A stretch of DNA of 32,468 bases from Octopus bimaculoides. Lineage: Eukaryota. The notes under the pieces are model-generated. The model saw only the letters and a program-made list of their open reading frames with translations. It had not been told where the DNA came from and did no database searches. This document shows positions 22,586-32,468 of this stretch, piece by piece. Each line of letters opens with the position of its first letter. The first letter of the stretch is position 1. Both the position numbers and the translations under genes were made by a program. The stretch is taken from assembly GCF_001194135.2 (NCBI RefSeq), contig NC_068992.1, positions 39,661,062 to 39,693,529 on the forward strand, written 5' to 3'.

Positions 22586-23139
22586 GCCCGGATGCAGTAC
22601 CAGACAGTGGCTCTCATGGCTTCTGATCTTAATTGATTGGAAGTGTTATCATGTATATTGTTTTGTCTTGGTATAAAAGATGGACTACAGCAAATATTCT
22701 GCTTAATACCACAGATTTGCTTGTCAGTTGTTTGATATTGTCCAGTTGAACATGTCCCTTGATGGCTGACGATATGTGCATCTCTGATCATGAGCAGAAG
22801 TAGTGGGGGAGCATCATAGCCATGTGTTGAGAGGAATTCTTTGGGGTTTGAATAATTCACCTTTGGAAATATGGGTGTTTTGCTCAACATCCTTAAGCAA
22901 CCCTTATTCAAGGACCTTTTGAGCGGGATGGGCTACTCAACCCGAAGAAAATTCTAACTGGGCCCCACCTGCGAGGTCATGCGCTGTTTATCTTGATATG
23001 AGATCACCATGTCGCGCACATATGGTTGTGATGCCTGTTCTTGTTGTATCCTTATCTGACAAGTAATCATGATGGGTATAATGGGCTTCGTTTATTTTAC
23101 CCCAGTGTCACTTTGATGGCATGCACTGCTCTCTCACTC
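22584..23139 (+). mobile_element. Unclassified 556-bp non-coding insertion flanked on both sides by (TAA)n
   Basis: Complex sequence atgcccggatgcagtacc...atgcactgctctctcactc between two 11-unit tracts; no tRNA A/B box, TIR or recognisable ORF seen. Confidence 0.6.
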
Positions 23140-23172
<33 letters not shown>

Positions 23173-23174
<2 letters not shown>

Positions 23175-23196
23175 GCACGTGATAAAAATAATACTG
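23173..23196 (+). mobile_element. 24-bp 3'-end stub of the young R4/Dong family
   Basis: aagcacgtgataaaaataatactg versus aagcacgttataaaaataaaactactg at 2559-2585; both are followed by trinucleotide tails. Confidence 0.7.
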
Positions 23197-23251
<55 letters not shown>

Positions 23252-23275
23252 ATAATAATAATAATAATAACAACA
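23197..23275. repeat. (ACT)n(AAT)n microsatellite
   Basis: Direct reading. Confidence 0.95.
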
Positions 23276-23500
23276 ATGCCACTATTGCTGTTGTTAGTAT
23301 TGTTGATGGTAATAGTAATTAAAAATGCTTCATACGTGGCTAACAAATTTCTCTTGATCTACAATGGTCATGGATGAGAAATCAGTTCTGCCTGGGTTTA
23401 CTGTCTCTCCATAATATATCACAGAAATACTACAAAATACTCTAAACGGCTCACTTATTAATCTTTACATGCTGCGCACAAATCAAATCCATATGCGTAC

Positions 23501-23882
23501 ACCTTATGCATAGGCAAAGACCTTATTCATAGGCAACGATATTATAGACACAGTCCTATTTCATAGGCGCAGATCTTATTCATAGGAACATACCTTACTC
23601 ATTGGTACTGCACTTTTTCACAGACCGAATTCATAGGCACATAAATATAGGCCTTATTCTTTGGTTGAGATCTTATTTATATGCACAGGTACTATTCATT
23701 GACATATGTCTTATTCATAGGCACGGATCTTATTCATAGACGCAAACCTTATTCGTAGACACAGATCTTACTCATAGGTATCGACCCACAAAAACAGATC
23801 TTATATACAGGCTTTATTCACTGGTACAGATCTTATAGGCACAAACCTTATTCAGACATACAGATCTTATTCATAAATACAT
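23501..23882. repeat. Degenerate minisatellite, ~19-bp unit cttattcataggcacagat
   Basis: Recurrent cttattcatagg and cagatcttatt blocks across ~380 bp. Confidence 0.85.
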
Positions 23883-24339
23883 ATTATCTATATTAATGAC
23901 AGTCATTCATAATATTCATAATATGCAATGTTTGTAAAGTTATTTTTCCAAGCTGTGGCACCATTCATTGAAATATCTGTGTTTATGTAAAATATTTGTG
24001 GAAAGATCTACCAAAATATTGCCAAATACGTTTGGAAAGAATTTTCCCTAATCGAAAACAAGAAAATAATTTGCATATATTCTGGAATCAGTTAGCAAGA
24101 ATAATTGTTTCCTTTTCGAGATAGATTTTCTTCTCGTATTTTCTCTTCAAATAGTTGTAATTCATGACGAGAAAACTCAAAAAGAGATTAGGAGAATCCA
24201 GTGAAAACGTATTAAATTTTTGAAATATCTGTTTTATGTCATACCATTTTGAATGCGTTTCCTATTCACGTTTCTCTTTTTATTTTTCTCTCTCACTCTT
24301 TCAATATCTTTCTATCACTCTCTATCACACCCATTCTCA

Positions 24340-24436
24340 CCCCCTCTCTCTCTCTCTCCCACACACACTCTCTTTCTAATTATATATGTATGTGTCCGTG
24401 TGTGCGTGTGTGCGTGTGTGTATTTATGCGTATGAA

Positions 24437-24483
<47 letters not shown>

Positions 24484-24631
24484 TTATCTATCTATCTACC
24501 TGCCTGTCTGTCGGTCTGTATACATATATATAAGTATACAAGCAGATACATACATGCATACACAGACAGACACACACATATATATATACACAGGCGACAG
24601 GCATATTTGCATACATATATATATACATACA

Positions 24632-24683
<52 letters not shown>

Positions 24684-24920
24684 NNNNNNNNNNNNNNNNN
24701 NNNNNNNNNNNNNNNNNNNNNNNNNNNNNNNNNNNNNNNNNNNNNNNNNNNNNNNNNNNNNNNNNNNNNNNNNNNNNNNNNNNNNNNNNNNNNNNNNNNN
24801 NNNNNNNNNNNNNNNNNNNNNNNNNNNNNNNNNNNNNNNNNNNNNNNNNNNNNNNNNNNNNNNNNATATATATATGTATTCATAGATATATACATATATA
24901 CATACATACAAATATATATA
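24340..24920. repeat. CT, TG, TATC, CATA and TA microsatellite complex around the gap 24684-24865
   Basis: Direct reading. Confidence 0.9.
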
Positions 24921-25134
24921 TCTAATGGATGGAGAGGGCTTATGTAAGCTTAAAATTAGTGTTCAAATTGGAGTTACACTCTTAAATTCCATCTGAATCA
25001 CGAAGGTAAAGTAGTCTCGCAGAACAAGAGTTGAGTTGCGGATATGTGTAATAAAAAGTTTGAGCGGGTAATACAGAGACAAAAGATGGAAAATAATTAA
25101 AGGTAGCACTAATTAATTTATATGAGATCTTTCA

Positions 25135-25467
25135 TCTTATATATAAATGACAATTTCTGTCTGTCTGTCTGTCTGTCTGTTACCAATTTAGTGCTTAAAG
25201 CACCGAACCAATATTCACGAAACTTTGCATACATGTGACACTAATATCCAGTTCACTAATAGGCTAACTGGATTTCAATAGAAATCTATAATGCGTCCTC
25301 CACCACCAGGGGCGTTGCAAAATTCTAAGTCTCGGAGAGATGGTAACTTCTATCAGTGAAGGCGAGAACAACAGTGTAATGGGATGTCAACGTTATTATA
25401 GCTGTCATATACACGCGACGCTGCATTCAAGCTTTCGTAGATACATAGATAAAACACACACACACAT

Positions 25468-25522
<55 letters not shown>

Positions 25523-26121
25523 GGTGGGTGTAGGGAATATGTGGCTTTAAGGTGAGTGGACAGGTGGCTTTTCAGCTGTCCATCGCAAAGAAACTGTTGT
25601 GCTGACAACTCCAAGCGAAGAAGTAGGATCGCCCAAGACATAAATAGAGGTAGTCTAGCCGCGGTAGAGAGTTGAGTAGCTCTTGAATAGCCATCGTGTA
25701 GCGGTTGAGTAGAGATCATCCGAAGGTGCTAGATAGCAGTAGCTTGAGACATAACAGAAACACTCACACATAGATACACACACAGACACACGCGCACATG
25801 CATATATATATATACATACATACGTACATACATACACACACATGTCTACTATAGACTGTTTGAAACACGTGATTGCCTGTGTGAACGTTTGTAAATTTGT
25901 GTGTGTGTGTGTGTGTAAGACATCCTATATCTGTCTGTTTCTCTCCTTTCGTAATTACACCTAAATCATTCTAAAATTTATATATTGACATAGGATTGAG
26001 GATAGGAATGGGAGCGGAACTAAAATGCGAATTGAACAGGGAACGGAATAGGACATGAAACAGTGTCCTAAGAACTGGAAGTAACCCCTACTTTACCAGG
26101 TATTACCAGATAATTCAGCTA

Positions 26122-26122
<1 letters not shown>
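25135..26122 (+). mobile_element. Probable non-autonomous Helitron-like element
   Basis: 5' A|TCTTATATATAAA, then (CTGT)n and accaatattcacgaaactttgcatac; 3' decayed hairpin ccaggtattaccag followed by CTAG|T. Pairing the two ends into one element is inferred. Confidence 0.5.
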
Positions 26123-26155
<33 letters not shown>

Positions 26156-26667
26156 NNNNNNNNNNNNNNNNNNNNNNNNNNNNNNNNNNNNNNNNNNNNN
26201 NNNNNNNNNNNNNNNNNNNNNNNNNNNNNNNNNNNNNNNNNNNNNNNNNNNNNNTATATATGTATGTATGTGTGTGTGTGTATATATCTTTTTTATTGGA
26301 AGAGGGGTGATTCAGTGACTATTTGATGCTATATCATATATTATGCAAGCAAGCATACATAATGAGGCAATAATTATACACGGCAAATAAGCACATATAT
26401 TATCGATTCACATAAAGCACGATACCTAAAACTTTGAAACAGCTGTAAAGATTCTTCTTCTTGCAATATGAATATGTATATGAAACATCTCATATAAATA
26501 AATTTCTGCTGTATGTAGTTGTTTGTCTTTTTTTACATACATTCAGACATACACACACACATACACACTCCCAGATACACACGCACGCACGACTAAGAAT
26601 CTCATAAAACGTAGCACAAACATACTAAAACCAAGATCTGCTTTATAAGTAACAAGTTACAATCATA

Positions 26668-26880
26668 TAGGATGTTCAAAAAGTCTCTCCGCAGTAAGTA
26701 TTTTTATTGCAAAATATGTATTTATAAGATGGTATTAGACTACAAAAGAATACATTAGACTTTACAAGACTTTAAAAAAACTTTATAAGAGGTGTTGGAA
26801 GTGTCGTACTTCATTTTTAACATTTTTACTGCCGTGTGATTAAAAAAAATTCACTGCGGAGAGACGTTTTGAACATCCTG
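26668..26880 (-). mobile_element. 213-bp Tc1/mariner MITE with 28-bp TIRs and TA TSD
   Basis: taggatgttcaaaaagtctctccgcagt versus actgcggagagacgttttgaacatcctg (2 mismatches); TA at 26666-67 and 26881-82. The minus strand retains NEVRHFQHLL*, which resembles a transposase C-terminus. Confidence 0.9.
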
Positions 26881-27404
26881 TATATAACTGAGCAAGAACT
26901 GGCTACAATGGGTTAGTGAAATCCATAAATTCGATCGTAAAAGATTCTAGTTGTAGACTTCATGATTCTTCCTGTAACATAGGCCGTAATGCATACAACA
27001 CTTTCTCGTGGGACGGCCATGCATTTTACAACCCGTACATTAAATAGTATCAAAGAAAATTAGATATGAAAACATTAGTGGATAACACGTTCATATAATA
27101 TAGAATTTTCCACAAAAATAATGATTTATGATGGAAACAACTCAAAAGTATAGAATATAATACTAAAGTTAACAGTCAGACAAAATGTAGCCATAATAAA
27201 CCGAATAAGCGTAAAACTAATGACGTATAAATCTGAAATTCCAGTGACAACCTCTAAAGAAAAATAAAGTGATAATGGCTACAGAAATGTCATTCTCCCA
27301 TCATGAAAATGACAATTACATGACAATAGCATTTGCCATATTAGTGATGAAGTTGTGGAGGTGTAGAAACGGTTTTGGTGCATTAAGAAACTGTATTATT
27401 TCAA

Positions 27405-27633
27405 GGCGGCGAGCTGGCAGTAACGTTAACACGCTGGGCGAAATGCTTAGCGGTATTTCGTCTACCGTTACGTTCTGAGTTCAAATTCCGCCGAGGTCGA
27501 CTTTGCCTTTCATCCTTTCGGGTTCGATTAAATAAGTACCAGTTATGCACTGGGGTCGATATAATCGACTTAATCCGTTTGTCTGTACTTGTTTGTACCG
27601 TCTGTGTGTAGCCCCTTGTGGGCAGTAAAGAAA
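27405..27633 (+). mobile_element. Young full-length SINE family A (tail type 2) with 21-bp TSD
   Basis: taagaaactgtattatttcaa at 27384-27404 and 27634-27654; A-box-like tggcag and B box gagttcaaattcc. Confidence 0.95.
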
Positions 27634-27979
27634 TAAGAAACTGTATTATTTCAAACAAAATGCAGCAACTTTTAAACGAAAACCTGGAAAGAGCAAAGAA
27701 CTATGCTTCAATAGGTCAAGATGGATAGCTGTTCCCAATACAAAAGTGTGTGTGTCTGTGTGTCTATCTGTTTATCTATCTATCAAGCTAGAATGGACTA
27801 AGCGGAGCAGGAGGTTAAAAATAGACAGAGAAGGTCAATGAAGACGTTACAGATGTGTAGCAAAAGATTTCCGGCCAATGGATATGAGTTAGAATAAGAT
27901 CAGTAATAAACAAGTGAAGAACGAATACATAGTGTGTGTGTTTATTTGACAAAGAAATTACCATCTCGAAATATAACAA

Positions 27980-28081
27980 TATATATATATATATATCAGA
28001 GGCGACTCAAGGGCGGAGACTTTTGCTCGTTAGTTTCTTGTTTGTTTGTTTGTAAGTATGTATGTATATACATACATACAA

Positions 28082-28114
<33 letters not shown>

Positions 28115-28131
28115 AACAATATATGAGTATA

Positions 28132-28190
<59 letters not shown>
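27980..28190. repeat. TA, TTTG, CA and TA microsatellites
   Basis: Direct reading. Confidence 0.9.
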
Positions 28191-28247
28191 GGTTACACAG
28201 GTTCATTAGAATCAAGCCTGTATATGTCTGTATGTATGTGTTTATAT

Positions 28248-28597
28248 ATTCTTTTATCCTTTAATTTGTTTCAGTCATTTGACTGCGGCCATGCCGGAGC
28301 ACCGCCTTTACTCGAGCAAATCGACCGTAGGACATATTGTATCGGTCTCTTTTCCCTAACCGCTAAGTTACGGGGACGTAAACACAACAGCATCGGTTGT
28401 CAAACGATGGTGAGGGGACAAACATAGACACGCAAACATATGCATACACATCCATTCATCCATCCATCCATCCATCCATACATACATACATACATTTATA
28501 TATATATATATCCGTCTACCAAACCCAATCACAAGGCTGAACCCGGAACGATGTGGTTGGTAAGCAAGCGACTTGCCACACTGCCACTCGTGTACCT
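28248..28597 (-). mobile_element. SINE family B with the CORE-like segment deleted
   Basis: Tail tttgtttcagtcatttgactgcggccatgc, internal CATC/CATA/TA tract, and caatcacaagg joined directly to ctgaacccggaac. Confidence 0.88.
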
Positions 28598-28810
28598 ATA
28601 TATATGCGTGTGTATATGTATAATTTTGTTATGAGAATCATGACACATTCGGGTCGATGCAAAAGAATCTCACCTCTTTAACCTCTTGCTTAAACTTTTA
28701 CCTGATGATGGTGGATTATATATTATGATAGGATCTTCTATGAATGCGGTAATAAAATTATACCGAAACAGCTGTCGTCAATTTTAAACGACATATATGT
28801 TTACTATTTA

Positions 28811-29345
28811 TAAGATGTGGTATCAAGAATTTCTCGAGTTAGTTCTTTAGCGCGCCCACAGATGGCAGCACACCGTCGCGTGCGCAGTAAGAGCTGGCAG
28901 TGAGCTTCATGCGACGTTATGAAGCGTTTGAAGGAGGACATTCAGTGAGAGCGACCGGATCTGAGGAGCGCGAGGGATTGGATTCTTCACTGAGCTTTCC
29001 TCAATCATGAGTTTCGCGCCAAAAGCAATATAGAATCGCTTCCACACCCACCTTCTTCGCCAGATTTAGCACCTGCATATTTCCATTTTTTCCCCAAGAT
29101 GAAGACGCAGCTAAAAAGTCGCGGTTTTAACACCGCTTTCGAAATCCAGAGCGAATCGCAGAAGGTCCTCTACACATTTACGGAAAACAACTTCCAGGCC
29201 GGATTCCAAAAGTGGAAGTAACGCTGGGACCGATGTATTGCGGCGTAAGGTGACGATTTCGAAAGAGATGATGTTAAAACTTAGGCAAATAGATTATTTT
29301 TAATTAAAGATAACTAGTCCGGGAACCTTTTGCTAACACCTCGTA
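28811..29345 (+). mobile_element. Internally deleted mariner (DD34D-type) element
   Basis: Right TIR aactagtccgggaaccttttgctaacacctcgta; degenerate left TIR taagatgtggtatcaagaatttctcgagttagtt. 29007-29283 reads HEFRAKSNIESLPHPPSSPDLAPAYFHFFPKMK...FQKWK*RWDRCIAA*GDDFE, matching the YSPDLAPxD motif and mariner C-terminus. Confidence 0.88.
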
Positions 29346-29523
29346 CATACATCTATGTACGACGGCTTCCACTCAGTTTTGTTCTACCAAATTCACTCAC
29401 AAGGCATTGATACGCCCGGGGGTATAATGGAAGGCGCTTTCTCAAGATGCTGCACAACGGTATTGAATCTAAAGTCACGTGGCTGCAAGGTGAGCTTCTT
29501 AATCAAGTAGTCACGCCTGCACC
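29346..29523 (-). mobile_element. SINE family B, 5' half, diverged
   Basis: ctaccaaattcactcacaaggcattg...gagcttcttaatcaagtagtcacgcctgcacc. Confidence 0.8.
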
Positions 29524-29535
29524 AATAAGTATAGA

Positions 29536-29755
29536 TACGAGGAGGTGGTGTAAAGTTCCTGGCTTTGGGCAAAAGAAAATACAGGAGGATCAGTTAATTA
29601 CGATTTTATTCAACCCATTCCCCTCTCAGATTCACACACTTATTGCAGCGATCCTTCAGTTTTTCTAAGCCATGGAAAAGAACTTGGAAGCCTAGGTCTC
29701 CAACCAGGTCTTTCGCGATACCCATATGCCAAGAACTTTTCAGCACCCCCTCGTA
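29536..29755 (-). mobile_element. ~220-bp mariner MITE with ~30-bp TIRs and TA ends
   Basis: tacgaggaggtggtgtaaagttcctggc versus the reverse complement tacgagggggtgctgaaaagttcttggc. The minus strand encodes GLEKLKDRCNKCVNLRGEWVE*, a mariner C-terminus. Confidence 0.9.
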
Positions 29756-29959
29756 AGAAAATGCGAATACTGTTGTTATATTTGTAAATAAAAATGTAAG
29801 CGAGATAAATAATCAGAAACCGGAAGAGAGGATAAGAGGAAGACAAACGTGTAATTCTCTTCTAAAGCAGTCAAGTTAGATTAAGAAGGGCGGCAGACAT
29901 TGCTAATGAGAGAAACAGTAATTTAAGTACTAAAGTATCAGTCAATCAATTTACCCATC

Positions 29960-29967
29960 TCTGTCTA

Positions 29968-30038
<71 letters not shown>

Positions 30039-30306
30039 GCTTTCTGTCTGTCTGACCGCCTGTCTATCTGTCTATTTATACATCTATCTGTGTGTGTGCG
30101 TGTCTGTTTGTCTGTCTCTATCTATCTATCTAGCTCTCTACCTACATATCTACCTACCTGCCAACCTATCTATGTGTCTGTTTCTCTGTCTCCTTGTCAG
30201 TCTGTCTAGGTATGTATGCATGTGTGTATGTATGTACGTATGCATGTATGTATGTATGTATCTTTCTATCTATGCACCTGTCCATCAGTTTGTCTGCCTC
30301 TCTGTC

Positions 30307-30365
<59 letters not shown>

Positions 30366-30460
30366 TTATCTATCTATCTGTCTATCTGCTTACGTAACTA
30401 CCTGTCTATTCATCTGTCTGTCTTTGTCTGCTTCTCTCTCTATCTCTCTCTATCTGTCTG
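29960..30460. repeat. CTGT, CTAT, TATG and CT microsatellite complex
   Basis: Direct reading. Confidence 0.9.
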
Positions 30461-31194
30461 GATGTAAAGGTATTTACATATAAATAATTGTAAACAATGC
30501 TTATTGCTGTTTAATATATTTATATATACATCCGTGAATGCATATATTTGTTCTTGCATGCGTCTGCGTATGTCTGCGTGTTTAATCTAAAAGTGACATA
30601 TTTTTGTTCCCCCGTGAGTCAAAGACAGATAAATAAAAACCTAGCGGCAACTGATAACAACTCGCGGAGAGGAGTGGGGAGGGTAGTCACGGCCTTTGAT
30701 ATTAACATGAAGCTCAAACACTCCAATAGAATGAGTTTCATTACATGAAGACCCTTCCAACCTCTTACATGTCTCCAATCTGGAGTCATTTTACCTCTTT
30801 TCTCTTATATTTTTATCGTGCCCATGGGTTCCCAACCTTTCTCCAATCTCCATTTGTTCGCAATCGCTGCCACACAATCTAGTGGTGCTTAGGAACGCCC
30901 ATCTGTCTTGTGTTGAGAAAAGAGCTTTTTCTTCGTAGAAGGTGCGCACAACCTCGAAATTTTAAATGCCTCTTCTTTCCTGGATATCTGGTCCCGGTCG
31001 ACATCCGTCTGCTCTGCGCCCACATATGAGGACGGGATGAGTCTGCTGTGAATGTGTACATCGCAGTCGTTTTGTTCTAGCAATTGCTATTGCTGTTGCT
31101 GATGGTTACTCTCCTTGTTTTCGTTTCTGGGTGGATGAAGGAGACATTTGGGTCTTATCGCTTGCTACCGTTATTGAGGGTGGTACAATTTCAT

Positions 31195-31800
31195 TTTTAA
31201 ACTCCTGAGTTGTGCCTGGTGTTACCCTCTGACCGACAAAATCCATGATTTGTTGCTCCCTTTGTCTTCTTAGTATAGAAAGCCTTTAAATGAGCTTTGC
31301 TTGAACATGTAGAGTAGCAGTGTTGCCTACTTTGGATACGGAGCCTTACAAAGGCAGCGAGCTGGCAGAAATGTTAACACGCCGGGCGAAATGCTTAGCG
31401 GTATTTCGTCTGTCTTTACGTTCTGAGTTCAAATTCCGCCGAGGTCGACTTTACCTTTCATCCTTTCAGGGTCGATAAATTAAGTATCAGTTGCATACTG
31501 TGGTCAATCTAATCGACTGGCCCCCTCTCCCAGACTTTAGGGCCTTGTGCCTAGAATAGAAAATGACAAAGACTTTTACAGTCTCCCTCTCAGAATCTTC
31601 GACAAGACAGAGTTCAAGTACTGTTTCGTGCTTTTGCAGGGCCATGAAGACTTGCATGTCAATGGTGGGCTCATATGTCCTTCCTTTCTCATCAAATAAG
31701 ATTTAAATTCGTCTGTCACTGGGAAGGATTGGTGTCAGTCTCATTTGTAAAATGACACTTTCGAGCTTTCGGCAAAATGTTCTATATTGAAAGTCTAGTT
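31195..31800 (-). pseudogene. Decayed gag-like LINE ORF1 relic with degenerate CCHC knuckle, split by a SINE
   Basis: After removing the SINE and one acaaag copy, the frame reads LDFQYRTFCRKLESVILQMRLTPILPSDRRI*ILFDEKGRTYEPTIDMQVFMALQKHETVLELCLVEDSERETVKVFVRLRIQSRQHCYSTCSSKAHLKAFYTKK. Confidence 0.4.
31351..31565 (+). mobile_element. Full-length SINE family A (tail type 1) with probable 6-bp TSD acaaag
   Basis: aaggcagcgagctggcagaaatg head through ggccttgtgcctagaatagaaa tail; acaaag at 31348-31353 and 31566-31571. Confidence 0.93.
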
Positions 31801-32257
31801 TTGTTTTTTAAAGGACATTTTTCTAAGACAGCCTTTCACCTGCCAAATCTACGCACAACTGTTGTTAATTATGGCGTATTTCTTTCTGAATGAGCGTTTC
31901 TTTCTAGAATTTTCAGTCGTTAGTTTGAGTATTCATTTATATTGATTTTACTAATTGCTTCCTTTTGTTTGGTGGCTGTTTTGATTTGTTTACTGCAACT
32001 TTCCTGAGGACTGAACCTGAGGAAAGAAGTTATTTTTTAAAAAATATAGCGTTACACAGAAGAATAAAATTAAAATATTTAGGATAAGATGACTTTGTTG
32101 TCTAAGCTGTGAAAGGATTAGACATTTGAGAATGTTCGTTAAAAGATCTTATGTGAAACAAAATCCAAAATGAAAATTACTTCTTTCAGTTATTCTAGCT
32201 TATATATCAAGAATTATCTAAGCAGAATTTAATATGTCAGACTGATATCCGTAGCAA

Positions 32258-32316
32258 ATAATAATAACAATAACAGCAACAATAACAACAACAACAATAA
32301 CAATAACAACAACAAC

Positions 32317-32381
<65 letters not shown>
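32258..32381. repeat. (AAC/AAT)n microsatellite
   Basis: Direct reading. Confidence 0.95.
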
Positions 32382-32383
<2 letters not shown>

Positions 32384-32468
32384 TTTTAAAAAGAATTGAC
32401 GTAACTCTTCACAAAGGTAAACAGTCAAAAGGAAGAGCACGATTCAATTGTAAGATATTTTATTAGTT

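Noticed and set aside
23501-23882. Regularly spaced repeats as a CRISPR array
   Set aside because: Eukaryotic context, contiguous degenerate units without unique spacers, and no cas genes.
23970-24240. Direct repeat tgaaatatctgt.tttatgt and weak inverted blocks suggesting a MITE
   Set aside because: No convincing terminal inverted repeat or TSD could be defined.
27240-27740. Frame restored across the SINE at 27405 (…QQLLNENLERAKNYASI) faintly resembling a Penelope-type RT
   Set aside because: Similarity is limited to a few residues and no RT motifs are recognisable on either side.
31998-32026. Short imperfect palindrome ctttcctgagg...cctgaggaaag
   Set aside because: An 11-bp arm with a mismatch is expected by chance, and it has no supporting context.
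176-32440. Dozens of ORFs with poly-I/N/Y/L/S, alternating VC/HT/YI/ER or X runs
   Set aside because: They are translations of microsatellites, low-complexity DNA or N gaps.

Overview
Gap-rich (8 N-runs), AT-rich eukaryotic intergenic or intronic DNA. The repeat families point to an octopus genome (inference from the SINE and LINE sequences, not a database result). No intact host gene, RNA gene or CRISPR array is supported, and most ORF-track entries are microsatellite or N artefacts. The window is a transposon mosaic containing: (1) about 20 copies or fragments of at least three tRNA-derived SINE families, several with clean target-site duplications (TSDs); (2) R4/Dong-clade RLE retrotransposons: a young 5'-truncated copy at 1685-2585, an old decayed copy at ~19265-22550 and a 24-bp 3' stub at 23173; (3) a full-length but dead DD37D (maT) Tc1/mariner element at 13803-15212; (4) an internally deleted mariner and several mariner MITEs; (5) a probable non-autonomous Helitron; (6) a gag-like zinc-knuckle relic split by a SINE; (7) many microsatellites. 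Most notable are the stack of insertions into (TAA)n at 19.3-23.3 kb, which includes an unclassified 556-bp element, and an unclassified ~300-bp dispersed/tandem repeat at 8.6-12.6 kb whose first copy contains a 70-nt hairpin.
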